This document shows positions 50,423 through 63,206 of a stretch of DNA of 64,000 nt, one piece after another. Source of the DNA: Mobula hypostoma. Its lineage: Eukaryota. Location: NCBI RefSeq assembly GCF_963921235.1, contig NC_086108.1:1922001-1986000 (forward strand). Direction: 5' to 3'. The position numbers and the translations under genes were made by a program. The notes under the pieces were generated by a model. That model searched no databases and was not told where the DNA came from. It saw nothing but the letters and a program-made list of their open reading frames with translations. Within the stretch, counting starts at the first letter, position 1. Each line of letters begins with the position of its first letter.

Positions 50423-53400
50423 GTGAGTCTTCAACTTTCATTACAGCGCCCTCCTCCCCGCTTTGATGCAGAGGGTCCCAACTTTTCATGCGCGCAACCC
50501 CCCCCCCACCAGCAGCAGTATGATGTAAAGGGTTCCAACTTTTGATGCAGCGCGCCCCCTCCTTCCCCCGCCTTGATACAACTTATCTTGAAGCAGATGC
50601 TATGCGTGGCATTTAAGAAACTTTTTGGGCAACTCAATAGGCAGGGATGCGGGGATATGGATCCTGTAGAGAGAGCGCGAATCAGTTAAAGTTATGATGG
50701 TCTGCACAGCCATTGTGGGCCGAATGGCCGGTTTCTGTCCCGATGAACGGCCGTCACGTCGACTCTTTGTTCATCTCCATAGATGCTGCCTGACCTGCTG
50801 AGTTCACCCAGCGTTTTGTGTGTTTCTGTGCTGTGTCTACTTTTTTTCTACAATATATCTTTTTGATATTACCTATCTTTTGATGCACGCCGATACCCAC
50901 AAATGATTAAATACAGGCTTGGGAATATAAAAAAAGATGCATTTCTAAATCTTAAAATTGAATTTGTAGCTCAGATTGAGGGTTCTTGCATTGGAAGAGT
51001 TTTTTGTTAAACATTGGAATTTTCCCCACTCGGTTAAGCTGACTAGTTACGCTCTCCGCCCGTTATCTGCAAATTAAGACAGTGAGTGGGGGTCCTTGAC
51101 ACGACCTCGGTTTGTCCGTCGACAGCACCGCAGAAAATGCAGCAGACCCTCATTCACGCACTCTGGTCTTGGGAACATGCCCCGTCCCCCAGCCGAAGCT
51201 GGAGACCAGCCCGCAATCATCTGGCGATCACCACGAGCCCCTGATACTGGCCGTCATTCTAGTCTGATCTGCTTCTGACCGCAGCACCACAAGAGTTCTC
51301 ATCTGTGTCGTGGAGGGATATAGGCATGGTGTAGGTGGAGGGATTGGTGTTTGGGTGTTTCTGATTTGCTGTGCGCGACATTACGGGCCGAATGGCCCGT
51401 CCCTGCGCCGTACTCTTTGTTCTAGGTTAGTAACAAGTGTGATGTGTGTGGCTTTGGAAGAATTGAAATCTTCAAACACTTTGGACAAGCGGTGGGGGCG
51501 GACAATGGAATCTACGTGGGGTTGACTCAGTATGAGTGAGTGTGTGTAAGGGGAGAGAGTGAGAGTGGGGAGGGGGGTTAAGGGAAGTTTAATCTCCCAA
51601 AGTAACACACACAATGCTAGAAGAACTCAGCAGGTCAGACAGCATGCAAAGGTCCACGGACACCTCGGTTAACGGTCGGGGTTCGTGGTAAGATGCAAGG
51701 CTGAAACCTCCCCACTGGGGAAATGACGCTTCGAGCCGAGACCCTTCTTCAAGTCCTGAAACGTTGACTGGAACTCTTTTCCATAGATGCTGCCAGACCT
51801 GCTGAGTTCCTCCAGCATCTTGTGTGTGTGTGTGTTGCTTTGGATTTCCAGCGTTTGCAGAGTTCCTCCTGTTTCCAATCTAGACTGGGGAACCTGCGGT
51901 TGACAGACTAATTAAATCTGCACATTCCAAGCCTGCTGACCGGTGTTTCTTCACTTCCCGGTCTCCTGTTTTATCGCGTGGAGCAATACCATGAAGGGAG
52001 GGCTCCGTGGAAACCCTGGGGAGGAAAATAAGGGAGCCAGCCAGACCCGCAACTCCCCGGTGCAGCTAACGCTTAAATGACCGCTCTCGGACAATAGGAA
52101 GTAACCCGGCTCTGCAGCTGGAAATTCCTCCATCAAGTCACCCACCCTGGTCTCCTCACTTCGCTTCCCATCCGGCTACTTTTGTTTTGCTAAAACTGCA
52201 TTTTAAAAAAAACTACAAAGAAATGAAGAAGGAAATCAGGACAATTTGCAATCCCCTTCCTTCTGCGATCTGCAAATTCCCGATCACGACTCGGGGGGCG
52301 TGGGGGGTAGGGGTATTAAGTGAGTCTTCTCGCTGCCTCCTAATTCGGAGCGTCGATGTCTGTTTGCGAACAAACTCCAAACTCCAGTTGCCTGCTGGAA
52401 AGAGACCTCCTCACCTTTTGAAAAAGAACTGCAGTTCTGGCAGAAAAAAGATGCAGCGGAGGGGACGCGAAATGAAGAGACGCCGGGATCATCTGATAGA
52501 GGGTATTTACAACTACTGACCCGTTTGGGAAGGCGAACTTGAGGGCCGAGCCAAGTAAAACGGAAGAGTGAAGGAAAGGGAATTTTCTTTACCCGGAGAG
52601 CGGTGAGAATGAGGAAGCTGATGCAATGGGAAGTGGCTGAAGTGTGATACAGATGTATTTAACGGCAAGTTGGAGCGACATTGCGATTGGGGCCGATAAT
52701 AAGACAGTGGGGGAGGGGATGCCAGCATCATGAGGCAAGGGCCGAATGGTCTCCACCACAATCAGCTTTGTGTCGCGTTAACCGTGCGTGGAAATCACTG
52801 TTCTTCATAAAGTCCAAGGAAGTTTTCCCTTAGGCAAAAAGTGTTGGGGAAATCCCGGTACTTTTTTTGGAAAAGAAGGAAGAGTATCTTTGCTCTAGTG
52901 TGTGTGTTTCTGTGTGTGTGTGTGTGTGTGTGTCTGTGTGTGTCTGGATGTGTGTGTGTTTCTGTGTGTGTGTGTGTGTCTGTGTGTTTGTGTGTGTGAT
53001 GTCTGTACACAGAGACGGGAGGGGGAAGCGGGTGTAAAAGAGATCTACGCGCGCTCTCACGCAGGATTAGTCAGAATTTCTGCCTGGCTGCTGCCGACCT
53101 AAACTGGTAAATAAATATTTGCTGATGTCCCCACCCTGCTGAACGACCAGTTGTAACGGGAACCCGCTGGGACCTTGGGCATGAATTCCGCGTGAATGCC
53201 CGGTATTCCAAACCTTCCGACCCACCCCAGGGATTAATTGAGGGATATTCCTGGCGAGATTTGGCTCTATTTCAAAGCGGGGTGTAAACTTATTTTTATT
53301 TTGAAAGCCGACCTTTGGGGAAACCCCATTGGAAATATTTAGATTCCAATGTAAATAGGGCTGGGGGGTGGGGGGGTGGGTGGGGGTGGAATGACTGCCT

Positions 53401-53899
53401 CGTCCTTCACAGGACACCGAAAGAATTACCAATGCTAAAATTAGCCCCTTCCTCCCTCGTAGCCTGGATTAACCCACCACAGGCCTATCAAGCATCTGCT
53501 TTGGGATCATGCTTTGCAAACTTCCCGCCAAGACCAGTGCCATCATCAAACAAGAGGGTGGAACCCAGCGGGTCTGTGGAGGGACACGGACAGTCGTCTA
53601 CAGATGCTGCCCAACCTGCTGAGTTTTCAAGCCTGTGCTTTGCTCAGGATAACCACCATAAACTGCAGGTGTTGGAAACCTTGGGCAACACGCACTAACC
53701 ACTCAGCAGGTCAGGCAGCATCAATGGAGAGAGTAAACTGTGGTCGTTTCCAGCTGGGACCCTTCCTCAGGACTGGAAGCAGAGGGGGAAGAAGTAGAAA
53801 CAGAAAGGCGGACTCTTCACAGACCTCTGTAGATGCTGCCTGACCTGACGGGCATTTTGTGTGTGCTGCTCCTGGTTCTCAGCAATTGCGAGATCTCTC

Positions 53900-54570
53900 C
53901 AGGGTATCAGTAACTGGTTACCTGAATTGACTTTATTTCTTACATCCTGCATATACATGAGTAAAAATCTTCATGTTACATCTCCGTTCAAATGTGCACT
54001 TATTGTAATTTATAATAAATATTATGTACAACAGGACAGTCAATATAACATAGAAATAAAATTGTATCAGCATGAATTAATCAGTCTGATGGCCTGGTGG
54101 AAGAAGCTGTCCTGGAGCCCGTTGGTTCTGGTTTTTATGCTGCGGTACCGTTTCCCGGATGGTAGCAGCTGGAACAGTTTGTGGTTGGGGTGACTTGGGT
54201 CCCCAGTGATCCTTTGGGTCCATTTTACACACCTGTCTCTGTGAATGTCCTGAATGGTGGGAAGTTCACATCTACAGATGCGCTGGGCTGTCCACACCAC
54301 TCTCTGCAGAGTCCTGCGATTGAGGGAAGTACAGTTCCCACACCAGGCAGTGATGCAGACAGTCAGGATGCTCTCAGTTATGCCCTTGTAGAAGTCATTA
54401 GAATTTGGGAGCCCATACCAAATTTCCTCAACCGTCTGAGGTGAAAGAGGCGCTGTTGTGCATTTTCACCACACAGCCGGTGTGTACAGACCACGTGAGA
54501 TCCTTGGTGATGTGTGTGCTGAGGAACTTAAAGCTGTCCACCCTCTCAAACCCAGATCCATTCATGTCAA
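53900..54570 (-). mobile_element. Rex1/Babar LINE 3' part (intron 1)
   Basis: ERVDSFKFLSTHITKDLTWS; HPNHKLFQLLPSGKRYRSIKTRTNGLQDSFFHQAIRLIN. Confidence 0.8.
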
Positions 54571-54704
54571 TAGTTATTATTGTCACATGTACAGTGGTTT
54601 TTTTTGTTTGCATGTTGTCCATTCTTCCTAGAGTTAGTTCATTCATTCTCCCAGAACTGGGAGGTCAAATTTCTCACCCACTGCTTTTCTATAGCACTTT
54701 TTAA

Positions 54705-55512
54705 AGTGAGGACAGCAAATGCGATGTTAGCATTCATTTCAAGAGGAATATAAAAGCAAGGATGTAATGTTGAGGCTTTATAAGGCGCTGGTGAGACCGC
54801 ACTTGGAGTACTGTGAACAGTTTTGGGCCTCTTATCTGATAAATAATATGCTGACATTGGAGAGGGTTCAAAGGAGGTTCACAGAAATGATTCTGGGATT
54901 GAAAGGCTTGTCATATGAGGAGCATTTGATGGCTCTGGGCCTGTACTCACTAGAATTCACAAGCGTCAGGCGTGACCTAATTGAAACCTGTTGAATGTTG
55001 AAAGGCCTTGACAGAGTGGATGTGGGGAGGATGTTTCCTATGGTGGGGGAGTCTAAGATCGGAAGACACAGCCTCAGAATAGAAGGGTATCTTCTTAGAA
55101 CCGAGATGAGGAGGGATTACTTTAGCCAGAGAGTGGTTATCAGATAGTCTATCAACCTCTGCCTTAAATATACTCAATGACTTGGCTTCCACAGCCTCCC
55201 GTGGTAACGAATTCCACAAATTCACCACTCTCTGGCTAAAGAAATTCCTCCTCATCTTTGTTCTAAAAGGACATCCCACTATTCTGAGGCTGTGTCCTCT
55301 CATCCTAGATTCACCCACCGTAGGAAATGTCTTCTCCACATTCACTCTACTGAGACCTTTCAACGTTCGATGTTTCAGTGAGGTTTCCCCTCATTCTTCT
55401 GAACTCCGGCGAATACAGGCCCAGAGCCATCAAATGCTCTTCAGGTGTCAAGCCTTTCAATCCCAGAATCATTTCCGTGAACCTCCTCTGAACCTTTTCC
55501 AATGTCAGCATA
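54705..55512. mobile_element. Two CR1 3' fragments of one family in inverted orientation (+ 54705-55138; - 55147-55512)
   Basis: MLTLE(R/K)VQRRFTEMILGLKGL..EEHLMALGLYS is encoded on both strands. Confidence 0.85.
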
Positions 55513-55703
55513 AAGACTGACAAACAACTGGTGTGTAAAGGACAGATTGTGCACATTTAATAAGTAATTAATAAACTGGATGATTAGGGAACATCAATGA
55601 TTAGATGGATAAATTTTTTTTTAATTTTAAATTTAAAAAATTGACAACATGAGTTGCAAAGTCCTTGAAAGTGAGTCTGTAGGTTGTGGAATCAGTTCAG
55701 AGT

Positions 55704-56165
55704 TGTGGTGAGTGAAGTTATCCACACTGGTTCAGGAGCCTGATGGTTGTGGGGTAATAACTGTTCCTGAACCTGCTGGTGTGGGACCTGAGGCTCATTG
55801 TGGGGAGTGAAGTTATCCACATTGATTTGGGAGCCTGATGGTTGAAGAGTAATAACTGTTCCTGAACCTGGTGGTGTGGGACCTGAGGCTCATTGTGGTG
55901 AGTGATGTTATCCACACTGGTTCAGGAGCCTGATGGTTGTGGGGTAATAACTGTTCCTGAACCTGGTGGTGTGGGACCTGAGGCTCATTGTGGTGAGTGA
56001 AGTTATCCACACTGGTTCAGGAGCCTGATGGTTGTGGGGTAATAACTGTTCCTGAACCTGGTGGTGTGGGACCTGAGGCTCATTGTGGTGAGTGAAGTTA
56101 TCCACACTGGTTCAGGAGCCTGATGGTTGTGGGGTAATAACTGTTTCTGAACCTGGTGGTGTGGG
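55704..56165. repeat. 95-bp tandem repeat (about 4.8 copies) derived from a Rex LINE 3' coding end
   Basis: Period 95; the minus strand reads RSHTTRFRNSYYPTTIRLLN. Confidence 0.93.
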
Positions 56166-56940
56166 TTTGTTCTCTTTCAACAAAGGTGATTTAATTGAGG
56201 TGTGTAAAATTACAAGAGGCAGGGACGGGGTGACACATGGCAGAGAAGGAAGGAAGTTTAGGTAAATTGGTGATTCAAGTTCAAGTATATTGTTGTCAAA
56301 AGTGAACATACCCAGAGTATAAATGTCATTAGAATTATCTTTTTGCAGTAGCAACTCTCTCCATAACAAGAAGGGACAAACATAAGTTAATGTAAATATA
56401 AGTGATGTAAGTAAAGCGAGGATACGGAAATGTGCTCTCGTGTTCGGAGACTTGGGCTCTGGCTCTGGCAGTAAAGCCAGAAACCCTCTTCACGCATCTA
56501 CAAACAACCTTATTGAGCACACGTAGAACTGTCACCCAAATGCCCCAGTTTGTAACCAGCAGGGTCCCTTGATGGGGCCGAACAGCCTCCTTTCTCATAA
56601 ATCCGAGCCTCCACGTTGCTGTACGAATCTTGTTGCAGAGGATAGGCCATAAGGAAGTTCTTCTGGATTTAACAGATCCCTTTTGAACTTCCTTTTCAAC
56701 GTTGTGAAACCAATGGGGCCTTTTTACAGTAAGAATTGATTCAGGAAATTCCCTTTGCTCTTGGTGAGGTGAAAGCGATTCTCTCTCAGACTCTTCGTGC
56801 TTTACGGCTGCTGGGTAGGCTGGAAATGCTTACTCACTCCTCCATACAAGGGCTGCCTGCATACTTACAGAACTTCCTGCCCTGCCCACGGTTGCTCTTT
56901 GCCCCTCTCTAATTTTTCTCTTTTTTAAAATTTCATTCAG

Positions 56941-57040
56941 GTTCCTTCACCTGGCCATTCTGCACAATTACCCAGATATTGCCATCTTCCTCGTGAGGTC
57001 TAACACGTCTGTCATGGACCTCCGCAACTCGTCCCAACAG
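56941..57040 (+). CDS. NFKBIA: NFKBIA-like exon 2 (ankyrin repeat 1)
   Basis: Pyrimidine tract + CAG acceptor; (T)FLHLAILHNYPDIAIFLVRSNTSVMDLRNSSQQ; donor GTGAGT. Confidence 0.92.
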
Positions 57041-57632
57041 GTGAGTTTGTCCTGCACACCTTACATGCCCCACCATATTCACCAGTCAGCTTCTGGGAGC
57101 TGGAGGGGGGGCGGTGGGAGGGGTCCACAGATCCATGATCTCTGGCAATTATCTACAGATGTACCATGGACAGCATTCTGACTGGATGTTCACAACCTGG
57201 TGGGGCACAGGATCAGGGAAAAAGCTGCAGAGGGCCGTAAGTTCAGCCTGCTCCATTGCGGACAGTAGCCTCTCCACCTTCGAGTACATCATCAGAAGGA
57301 GATGGCATCCATCATTCAGGACCCTCACATGCTGTCTTTTTATTACTCGCATCAGGGACGAGGTACAGGAGCCTAAAGGAACACACTTGATTTGCTAACT
57401 AGAAGACCACAATCCATGTGGATTGGAGGTCACTGATAACCAACACTGGCTGTCCACAGGGGTGCGTGCTTAGCCCACTGCCCTACTCTCTCTACAGCCA
57501 TGACTGTGTGGCCAGGCACAGCTCAAACACCATCTGTAAACTTGCCGAAGATACACCCATTGTTGGCAGAATTTCGGATGGTGACAAACGGTTGCTTTTT
57601 CTAATTTGTTCCCTCTTTTTCCTCTTCTCCAG

Positions 57633-57849
57633 TGTCCGCTGCACTTGTCAGTTATCATGGGTCTGCCGGCGGTGACCAGGGAGCTGGCGCAGGCAGGTGC
57701 CGACCTGGAGTGCACAGACAACCTGGGCAACACGGCCCTGCATCTGGCCTGTGAGCAGGAAAGCCTGGAGTGCATGGACTCGCTCCTCAATCCAACCCTG
57801 ACCAGAACCGGGAGCCAGCGCCAAGACCTAGAAAAGCGCAATTACAATG
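57633..57849 (+). CDS. NFKBIA: NFKBIA-like exon 3 (ankyrin repeats 2-3)
   Basis: CPLHLSVIMG...GADLECTDNLGNTALHLACEQ...NYN(G); CAG acceptor, GTACGT donor, phase 1. Confidence 0.93.
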
Positions 57850-58921
57850 GTACGTATTGGCTTGTCTGCTGCATCAAGGGGGAGGTGTACGAGGCCAGGA
57901 TGACTGGCTTTATCTTTATTAGATTTATATGTACACCATATTCCTATCTACGGAATTTCTATTACCTGGATTATAAAGGACATAGACTTTTCAGATTCAG
58001 ATTTACTATCACTGATATATAGATAGTGAATTCTGTTGAGATGAAGGATTTTGGCCTGAAACATCAACTATTCATTCTTCTCCATGGATGCTGCCTGACC
58101 TGCTGAGTTCCTCCAGCATTTGGTGTGTACTCCTCTGGATTTCCAGCATCTGCAGAACCTCTTGTGTTTCTGTTAGTGAAGCGTATTGTCTGTGTCAATG
58201 AGAACTACAGTCTGAGGATTACACTGGGGGCAGCTCGCAACTGTTGCCATGCCTCTGGTGCTGACACAGCAAGCCCACAGCCCACTAGCTCCAAACCAGA
58301 GGGAGGAAACCCCTGCGATCACAGGGAGAGCATTCACCCTGACCCTGACCCTGATCCTGACCCTAACCCTGACCCCCATCTTACAGTTGGCATGCTCTGT
58401 CATCTTTGGGGTTTTTCCGGGGGTCAAGTTTTAATTCTTAATGATCATTTATTTTAACATTTAAACAAAGATCCAGACATTTGAAACCGAGTGAAGAGCT
58501 AAGAAGCAAAGCAGAGATTTAATGAAAGAAAAGAAAATATTGTGCCTTTGAAAAATCCATCACCATTATAATCCAGATAAGAGATATTCCGTAGATAAGA
58601 GTAAACCTACCTACATTGCACAATTCCATCATGTGGGTAATTGTGAACGGTGAGCCAAAGAGAAATGAGAAACAGTTCTGTAGCTGATACACGGCTTTAT
58701 GACAGTAAGTGGGAACGAACTATCACTTACTGTGAAAAATACAAGTTTGTTAAAAGGTATAAATTATGATTAAGCTACGACTTTAGTCTCACATTAATTC
58801 AGCTAATACGTTATAAAAAATATTAACAACAATGGATTCCAAGAGCGCTGTGAAGCATTGTGCTAACCACAATACTGCCTCAATGAATCAAATACTAAAA
58901 CAGTTCCCATTGTGGTTACAG

Positions 58922-59010
58922 GCTACACGTGTCTACACATTGCAGTGATGAGAGGACATTATGAAGCTGTTCAGAAACTGCTAGATTCAGGAGCCAACAT
59001 TAACACTCAG
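58922..59010 (+). CDS. NFKBIA: NFKBIA-like exon 4 (ankyrin repeat 4), 89 nt
   Basis: (G)YTCLHIAVMRGHYEAVQKLLDSGANINTQ; CAG/GTATGA boundaries; absent from the ORF track. Confidence 0.92.
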
Positions 59011-59692
59011 GTATGAGTTTTTTCCAACGATACCTGTAGAGGTGTCTGTACGACAGCACAGTTATTTTCCACTCGAGAGATACGGGTGGCACTGATTTAC
59101 TATCATTTACTCATCCCTTATGCAGAAGATGGGGAGCCACCAACCTCAGTCCCTGGAGAAGATGCTCCCAACATTCTGTTGGGTCAGAATTCCCAGGAAC
59201 TACTTTAAAAGAAGGAGATAAACCCTCTTTTTTTGAATGGGTTCCATGGTGTTTCTTTGTTTCTTGGCTGTCTGTGGGAAGACAAATCTCAGGGTTGTAT
59301 ACTGCATACGTACTTTGAAACTTTGAGTGCCTTTGGACTGAGAGGAAACCCATGTGGTCACGGGGAGAACATACAAACTCCTTGCAGATAGTAGCAGCGG
59401 CAATTGAAGCCCGATCCTGCCCCTGGCATGCTGTAAAGCATTACGCAAACTGCTACACTACCATAGCCGTTGCTGGCTGCTCCATGAGTTTCTGTTTGAT
59501 AGTAACCTCGGGATGGAGGTGGAACTGTATGGCACTGAGGGGAGGTGGTGACCATCCCACTTCCTGAAGATGGCTTAAGTTTGTTGAGTTCTTTTGTCAA
59601 ATGCACAAGCACAGTGAGGTACAGGTACAATGAAAAAGACTTGCAGCAGCATCACAGGGACAAAGGGACAGATAACACACAGAAAATACAGC

Positions 59693-60520
59693 ACGTGTGT
59701 GTGTGTACGTGTGTGTGTGTGTACGCGCGTGTGTGTGTGTACGTGTGTGTGTGTGTGTACGTGTGTGTGTGTACGTGTGTGTGTATACACGTGTGTGTGT
59801 GCGTGTGTATGTGTGTGTGTGTGTACATGTGTGTGTGTATGTGTGTGTGTGTACGTGTGTGTGCGTGTGTGTGTGTGTACATGTGTGTGTACGTGTGTGT
59901 GTACGTGTGTGTGTGTGTACGCGTGTGTGTGTGTGTACGTGTGTGTGTGTGTGTACGTGTGTGTGTGTGTACGTGTGTGTGTGTACGTGTGTGTGTATAC
60001 ACGTGTGTGTGCGTGTGTATGTGTGTGTGTGTGTACATGTGTGTGTACGTGTGTGTGTACGTGTGTGTGCGTGTGTGTGTGTGTACATGTGTGTGTACGT
60101 GTGTGTGTACGTGTGTGTGTACGTGTGTGTGTGTGTACGTGTGTGTGTGTACACGTGTGTGTGTGCGTGTGTACGAGTGTGTGTGCGTGTGTGTGTATAC
60201 ACGTGTGTGTGCGTGTGCATGTGTGCGTGTGTGTGTGCGTGTGTACGTGTGTGTGTGTACGTGTGTGTGTGTGTGTACGTGTGTGTGTGTAAGTGTGTGT
60301 GTACGTGTGTGTGTGTACGTGTGTGTGTGTGTACGTGTGTGTGTGTGTGTGTACGTGTGTGTGTGTGTACGTGTGTGTGTGTGTGTGTGTACGTGTGTGT
60401 GTGTGTACGTGTGTGTGTACGTGTGTGTGTACGTGTGTGTGTGTACGTGTGTGTGTGTGTGTACGTGTGTGTGTGTGTGTGTACGTGTGTGTGTGTGCGT
60501 GTACGTGTGTGTGTGTATGT
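59693..60520. repeat. ~830-bp compound (GT)n microsatellite punctuated by AC/GC/AT
   Basis: Near-continuous purine-pyrimidine alternation in intron 4; a shorter GT tract lies at about 52897-52998. Confidence 0.98.
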
Positions 60521-62031
60521 ATAGCAAGGGCATCTGAGACTTTTGCACTGTACTGTGGTAATGTTATGTATTGCACTGTACTGCTGCCACACAAACAACA
60601 AATTTCATGACGTGTGAGTGATGATAAAGCTGATTTTGATCTGGGTCTCTATTGAAAGTGGAAAGGGGCAGGGAGAGGGGAATCGTGGTTGGGAAAAGGG
60701 GAAGTGGGAGGGAAGGGAGTGAGAAGCATCAGAGAGACATTCTGTGATGATCAATAAACCAATTGTTTGGAATCAAATGACTTTGCCTGGTGTCTCAGGG
60801 CTGGCTGTGTCTGCACCCACGCCACCCTGCCCCTGGCACTCCCTCTCTGCCACCTGTCCCACTCCCCTCTTGTGGAACAATGACTGAACATTCCCAACAT
60901 AATTTGTCCTACCAGATTTACAAACTCTCTCTCCACTTCACATTGACAAATGCTGTATAAACGTCTGAGGCACCCGAGATACATGTGCCAAAGACTTCTG
61001 CAGAGTACGGTCCATCAGACATAAGTTAGACAAGACAGTGAATTCGTGCTAATGCTTGGAGGTGTTTGGGGTCTTACTGTACGCAGGCACCAATGTCAGC
61101 CCCAGGAAGGAACTTCCGTTTGTACAGTTCCCTCTCTTGAGGTGTCTCAAGCTTTTGGCAACCAGTAAGATTCAGATTCATGTATTTATCACAAGTACAT
61201 CAGAATACACAATGAAATGTGCCATTTGTGGTAGCAACCAACACAACCTGAGGATGTGACGCCACACATTGAGGTGCTTACATAACATGCATGCCCACAA
61301 CATTCAGCAGAACAACACTAGCAAAAGCACAAAACAAGTTCCTTCTACCCCACCCACCCGGTCACGCACATCCCCAGTCCAGGACAGGCCCCTCCAGACT
61401 TCCATCCGGTCTCCGAGGTGTCCCAGGTTAATCTGCTGTGTGATGAACTGAGGCTGCGGCTGTGGCCTGCTCTAGCTAATTTGAACTTCGTGTCTGTGGA
61501 CTCACTTTCGTTCTGAGTGCTGTTGCTTGCTCTTACTGTTTACACAATTTGTTTTTTCTCCCCCTCTCTCTGTACATTGGATGTTTGCTGAATTTTTTAA
61601 TGGGTTCTTTTGCATTTCTCTGTTTCGTCGCTGCCTGTAAGGAGATGAATCTCAAGGAAATATGATGTTTAGATAATTTGATAATAAATACACTTTGAAC
61701 TTCGAATTAATCTTTCAGACTGGATTCTAAGTTCATGTATGTTATCACAAACTACTTTGACAATCATTTTCTTGTGGGCATTTACAGGAAAATAAAACAA
61801 TATAGAATTTTATACATAAACAAAGACTGACAAATGACCAATCTACAAAAGAAGACAAGCTAGTCAATTGTTTTTGAAATGCACACATAACTCCCCCCGC
61901 TCCACCTGGAACTGGTGCCTTCAGAGGGGAGGGGTGATGTGTTGCAGAGGCGAGGAGGTGGGGGGCGAATCTCTCAGATCCGGCAGTACCTCTGCCTTCA
62001 GAGTTGTTCATGGTCCTCTCCCTTTCAACAG

Positions 62032-62292
62032 GAACCGAACAGTGGGAGAACCCCCTTGCACTTGGCGGTCGAGTTCCAGCGCCGCGACGTGGTGCAGCTC
62101 CTCATCGAACGCGGAGCGGACGTGAACCGACTGATGTACAACAGCTGCACGGCCTTCCACCTCACCGCCGGCCGGCCAGACCTGGAGATCCAGAACCGGC
62201 TGTTCAAGCTGACCGACTCCTTGCTGATCCCACTGTACGAACCCTCGGACTCGGAGTCCGAGGCGGACTGCGATACCCAGTCGGACTGTGAT
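62032..62292 (+). CDS. NFKBIA: NFKBIA-like exon 5 (ankyrin repeats 5-6 + PEST)
   Basis: EPNSGRTPLHLAVEFQ...GADVNRLMYN...GRPDLEIQ...EPSDSESEADCDTQSDCD; CAG/GTGAGT boundaries. Confidence 0.94.
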
Positions 62293-62465
62293 GTGAGTGT
62301 TGACTTTGCTGTGCTCTGATCCGGGGGGGGCGCAGGGGGGGTGGTCTTTGATGTGATGAAATGGCCTGAGGTGTTTTGCAGGGATTTCCTCTAACAAACT
62401 CCAAGTGAGCTGTTGACTCTGCTCTCTCAGACCAATAGTCTGGGTTCTCATCCTGTGACCTTTGA

Positions 62466-62690
62466 TGGGGCAGCACGATAACGTAATGGCCAGCACAGCA
62501 CTTTACAGTACCGGCAGCTCAGGTTCAATCCCCGTCACTGCCTGTATGTTCACCCTGTGACCGTGCGGATTTCCTCCGGGTGCTCTGGTTTCCTCCCACA
62601 GTCCAGTGACGTGCTGATTGGTAGGTGAATTGGCCATTGTAAATCGGGGATTTGTGTGTGGCATGGCTCGAAGGGCCAGAAGGTCTCTCG
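62466..62690 (+). mobile_element. HE1/V-SINE-like SINE in intron 5
   Basis: B-box-like GGTTCAATCCC near 62522, then GATTTCCTCCGGGTGCTCTGGTTTCCTCCCACAGTCC. Confidence 0.7.
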
Positions 62691-63206
62691 ATAATTCAAC
62701 AGAAGCCAGAATACAAAGGTGGGGGAGGGAAAAGAGTACAAGCTGGCAGGTGATAGGTGAGACCAGGTGAGGGGGGAATGAAGTAAGAAGCTGGCAGGTG
62801 ATAGGTGAGACCAGGTGAGGGGGGAATGAAGTAAGAAGCTGGGAGGTGATAGGTAGAAGAAGGAGGAATCTGATAGGAGAGGAGAGTAGGTCACAGGGGA
62901 AAGAGAAGGAGGAGGGGTACCAGAGGGAGGCGATGGGCAGGTGAGGACAGGCGGTGAATGAGGAACTAACATGGGGAATAGCAAAAGAGGGGAGGAAGAA
63001 GAAATTACTGGAAACTAGAAAAATAACAACCAGATCATTTGTTTGCGAGAGAAGTCTTGGCCTGGATTCCTCTTTATTTTTCCGGGACACTGCACTGAAC
63101 CATTAGGCAAGGTGTCAACCTCAACTCCCATCCTCCAGTAATGTAGCACTCCAGAGAATTCAGGTAAAGTAGTGATGCTAACAGTTCTCTGGTCTGTGTT
63201 TTACAG

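Larger units (their letters stand above)
51016..56753. promoter_or_regulatory. kappaB-site cluster in intron 1
   Basis: GGGAAATCCC 52847-52856, GGGATATTCC 53242-53251, GGGAAACCCC 53318-53327, GGAAATTCCC 56744-56753 (minus strand GGGAATTTCC); weaker sites at 51016, 52119, 52818. Confidence 0.6.

Noticed and set aside
58334..58376. Telomere-like (ACCCTG/ACCCTA)n run
   Set aside because: About 7 units, mostly non-canonical; an ordinary microsatellite.
58480..58850. AT-rich intronic segment as a possible extra exon or transposase relic
   Set aside because: Stops in the frame examined, no motif I can support, and exons 3 and 4 already join in frame.
59545..60610. Long Cys/Val- or His/Thr-rich ORFs
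   Set aside because: Translations of a GT microsatellite inside intron 4.
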